A DNA stretch of 36,542 nucleotides from Chiloscyllium plagiosum (lineage: Eukaryota): NCBI RefSeq assembly GCF_004010195.1, contig NC_057755.1, forward strand, positions 4,708,427 through 4,744,968. Direction: 5' to 3'. The notes below the pieces were generated by a model that ran no database searches, was not told the origin of the DNA, and was given only the letters and a program-made list of their open reading frames with translations. A program made the position numbers and the translations under genes. Position 1 is the first letter of the stretch; each line of letters starts with the position of its first letter. Below are positions 33,255 to 36,542 of this stretch, in pieces.

Positions 33255-33440
33255 TGGGGACATTGAGAAAGTCTAAGGAGGTTTGCAGAGATTTTATAGG
33301 AACGACGTGTTGAAAGAGTTATGGAGAACGGACAGGAAAGTGTATTTGACAAAAAGGAGAGATCAGCCATGGGTACAGTGAAGCGTACAGCGGGATTGAG
33401 GGGCTGAATGGTCTCCTTCTGCTTCTAGCTCTTGTGTGAT
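33255..33440 (+). mobile_element. CR1 3' tail fragment
   Basis: 'gatcagccatg…gaggggctgaatggtctccttctgcttct'. Confidence 0.6.
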
Positions 33441-34291
33441 TGGTTCCCAGGTTGCGAAATAGACCGTGAATGTGAATAGTTAAGTGGGAAGCAATTAGGC
33501 CCCTTTATGATGAAAGAGCTCCCACTGTTCTCTGTAGAAAAAAAGCAGCTCGAGCCTGAGAAGAGCCTGAGAAGAGCGAACTTCTTTTGGCACAGTAATT
33601 ACTGCCTTCCCTCAGCTCCTCAGTGATTTTGTACCTGTGTACCAGTCACCCTGCGCCTCCCACAAGCAAGAGCAAATCCCTGGGGAAGGAAGAGGATCAG
33701 GGACCAGCAGGTCCCGACCAGCCAAAAGGAATATCACGTCGGACTGTGCTGATAAGGAAAAATATACTGCTTTCCCAAACTTAACCGCCATTTGCAACCC
33801 CTTTTCGCCCATATCTATCTAAGTAGAGGTTTATAAGGATGTTCTAATTTTGTTTGATGGCAATCCATATTCCTGATCTGTAATTGCTAGTCTAACTTGA
33901 GCCTATTTCTAATATGCACTGGTTTGTATTCAGGGCAGGAACCTGTTCTGTGCTTTCTAACAATCCTCGTCCAAATTGTAGGTAAGCTGTGGAATATGTA
34001 GATTTTCTTGAATCATTTGGATGTCTTTTTGGATGACTTCATGAACCATGGAGCTGGTTTCTGATATGCTTCTCGAGAAAGTTGCGACAACTGAGTATAC
34101 AATTAAATATAAAATTGACCAACAATACACTGAATTGGGTAGATTTGATGAGCAGAGGATTATACAACCTCTGATCAGTTTTGTCAACAGAGATTTAATC
34201 TCCACAGCTTTCCCTGACAATCAGGCTGCTCTCTCACAGAGACCAAGTTGGCGCAGGTTTAACCTTGAGAGTCCCCATGCATCAGGTGAGG

Positions 34292-34430
34292 GGAGAGTCA
34301 CACTGCACAGAACCAGACACGTCAGCCCAACCTGTCCCACGTCAACCAGACATCTTAACTTATTGTATTCCCGTTTGCCAGCATTTTGCCCATACTTCTC
34401 TCAACCATTCCTATTCGTTTACCCATCCAG
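34292..34430 (-). mobile_element. CR1 3' tail fragment
   Basis: 'ccagcattttgcccatacttctctcaaccattcctattcgtttacccatccag' matches 23660-23720. Confidence 0.65.
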
Positions 34431-34999
34431 AGAGACTGAGAAGCAAGAGTCATTCATGGTCATCTCAGCCGTTCTAGGAATCGAACCCATGTTGTTGGTG
34501 TTAGTCTGCTCCAAAACCAGCCAACTGAGGTTACTAACCCCTACACAAGAGCTTCAGTCCGTCATTGAACCAGTCAGAAGAGTTGAGTGTTCCCACTGGA
34601 TATAGTTCCTAAACTGGATGGATCAGCTCTGCTTTGTGTGGATAATGGAAAGACAAATTGGCATCCATCTCCTAGTTAGAAGTCTTCCTTGATCAGATTG
34701 GTAGTGTCATATTTATTTTGATGAATATTGTTAGGCGCTGCAAAGTGTCACTAATATTAAACATTGAAGGAATATGTGCTTTTGTTACATTAATTAAATG
34801 ATGCCAAGGTTGGGTTATAGAATAGCTCTGCACCATTTCAAAAATTCACTAATCAATGCGTCGCTGAGGTACGGAACTGGGTAACGCATTTAGTTTTCCT
34901 GCAGCGTATTAGTTGTTAGTTGCCGTTGAGTTTCCACTCCCACCTGTGACCCAGGGGAAATCGTTAGCAAAGGCAAACAATATTTCTGCTGAATAGGCT

Positions 35000-35375
35000 G
35001 GAATTATTTTTCCTGGAGAGTCGGAATCTGAGAGTTATACAATCATGATGGTTTTAGATAGGCCTTTTTACCTGGACTGTGGATGTCCAAAACTAAACGG
35101 CATACGTTTAAGACGGGAGGCGTAAGATTTAAAAGGGACCTAAAGCAACAAGAGGGTGGTACATACATGGAATGAGCTGCCAGAAGAAGGGGTGGACGCT
35201 GATACAATTACAATATTTAAAAGGCATCTGGATGGGCATATGAATAGGAAGGGTCTAGTGGGATATGGGCCAAATGCAGGCAAATGGAACTACGTTAAGT
35301 TACGATATCTGTTCAGCATGAACAGGTTGGTCTGAAGAGTCTGTTTCGGTGCTGTAACACTCTTTCACTCTGTGC
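35000..35375 (+). mobile_element. CR1 LINE 3' fragment
   Basis: 'atggaatgagctgccagaagaaggggtggacgctgatacaattacaatatttaaaaggcatctggatggg' (WNELPE…KRHLDG) and tail. Confidence 0.85.
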
Positions 35376-35565
35376 AACGCTGATGGAAGATGTTTTAGCT
35401 CCAATGAAAACAATAAGATTCACACTTCCAGACACAGTGACATTTTCTGACTGGATATTGTATCATTTCAACATGAAGTTGATGACTGGAACAGAGCTTG
35501 CTGTGATGGTCTGAGTGTGTGTGCGTTAAATTTAGAGTCCCCTGCAGAGGGAGATCATACTTTGA

Positions 35566-35828
35566 CTGTGTGTGTGTGTGTGTCTACGTTTGCGTGTGTG
35601 CTTTTGTGTGTGAGAGAGAGAGAGTTGGTGTGTGAGTGTGTCTGTATGTGTGTGTGTCTGTGTATGTATGTGTATGCGTAAGTGTCTGTGTGTGGCTGTG
35701 TGATTGTGTGTGTGTGCGTGCCTATGTGGGTGGGTGTGTTGTGTGTGTGTGTCAGTGTGTGTCTGTGTGTGTGTGGGTGTGTGGGTGTTTGTGTGAGTGT
35801 GTATTTGTATCTCTGTGTGTGTCTGTGT
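35566..35828. repeat. Degenerate (GT)n microsatellite region
   Basis: Direct observation. It explains ORF 35636-35908. Confidence 0.95.
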
Positions 35829-35915
35829 TTATAGGGACATCTATGTCTGCAATATGTATCACTTTTTCTTTTGGAGGTTTATTGAATGAATTGGATTGTG
35901 GTGACTAAAAGTCAC

Positions 35916-35916
<1 letters not shown>

Positions 35917-35957
<41 letters not shown>
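35917..35957. repeat. (CT)n microsatellite
   Basis: Direct observation. Confidence 0.95.
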
Positions 35958-36481
35958 GCATCCCACTTGTGTTTAAAGTAATCTGATGCCACACTCTGTT
36001 GGCCTCCCCATGCCAGTGCACAAGCAACAATTTCTTTTTGAAGATAGCAACAATGTCGATGAATCTCTCATATTGCACATTTGTTTATTTCTTTAAACAA
36101 TGTCTTTGGTAACATGAAGCAGCTTTGCCCGATCCCTATAGATGTTGTTCCTGACACATGTGCAGAATGAGAGGATCATGCCCAGTGTTTGTCTCATCCC
36201 ATCCAGCTTTGAATTATATCTCATTTAGAATTCGTATGACTGCATTAGAAAATATTGTAACCTGCAGAAAAAGCAATGGAACTGACCCTGTCTCCTCACG
36301 AAACAATACACTTGGTAGTGCCTGGATACAATTGCAGTGAAAACAAGCTATTCAGCGCGTACTCTGTCTGGAACACTGCTGAAAAACAAAGCATTCCTAC
36401 ATTGCAGAGAGAACACAACATTTCTCGAATGCGGGTGTTCCACACGGAGGGATCTCAGTCTCCTTCACATAGCCTTGTATT

Positions 36482-36542
36482 TGTGTCTGTGTCTCTGTGT
36501 GTGTGTGTGTGTGTGTCTGTGTCTGTGTGTGTGTGTGTGTGT
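36482..36542. repeat. (GT)n microsatellite at window end
   Basis: Direct observation. Confidence 0.95.

Noticed and set aside
33552..33577. 11-bp tandem repeat gagcctgagaa
   Set aside because: Trivial local duplication.
34048..34605. 185-aa ATG-initiated ORF
   Set aside because: Runs through an antisense CR1 tail and a SINE head, with no domain or splice support.
35538..35556. Third CTCF-like motif CCTGCAGAGGGAGA
   Set aside because: Has a mismatch at the conserved C, no upstream motif, and no flanking homology to the duplicated block.
36482..36542. Terminal GT tract as the start of a third duplicated unit
   Set aside because: Both known copies begin after GT tracts, but the window ends before any diagnostic sequence, so it cannot be tested here.

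Overview
Eukaryotic, repeat-dense genomic DNA, most likely from a shark or other elasmobranch. This is inferred from the HE1/V-SINEs, the CR1 LINEs with an SGNH-esterase ORF1, and a GPR139-like receptor of the type expanded in cartilaginous fish. The only host coding sequence I can support is the large terminal exon of a class A GPCR (GPR139/GPR142-like, minus strand, 1307-2201). It has a frameshift, so it is probably a pseudogene, and its first exon was not confidently found. The rest is mostly CR1 LINE fragments (one ~3.5 kb copy with ORF1 and ORF2), SINEs, microsatellites, a 143-N gap and many Penelope-like element (PLE) derivatives. Four observations stand out. (1) Minimal hammerhead-ribozyme motifs (CUGANGA-stem II-GAA-ACGU-H) recur in two GIY-YIG PLE 3' ends and in several short fold-back insertions flanked by 9-16 bp target duplications. 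(2) A diverged non-coding block, 200-730 versus 27490-31830, is duplicated ~27 kb apart, and both copies keep a CTCF-like core plus upstream motif. (3) A PLE-terminated 1.9 kb composite between 33-bp direct repeats carries an exon-like 60-nt segment. (4) There are several insertion or repair scars: a 70-bp duplication around a lone hammerhead, a 24-nt templated patch in a SINE, and a twin-priming-like inverted CR1. All alignments were done by eye and no searches were run.
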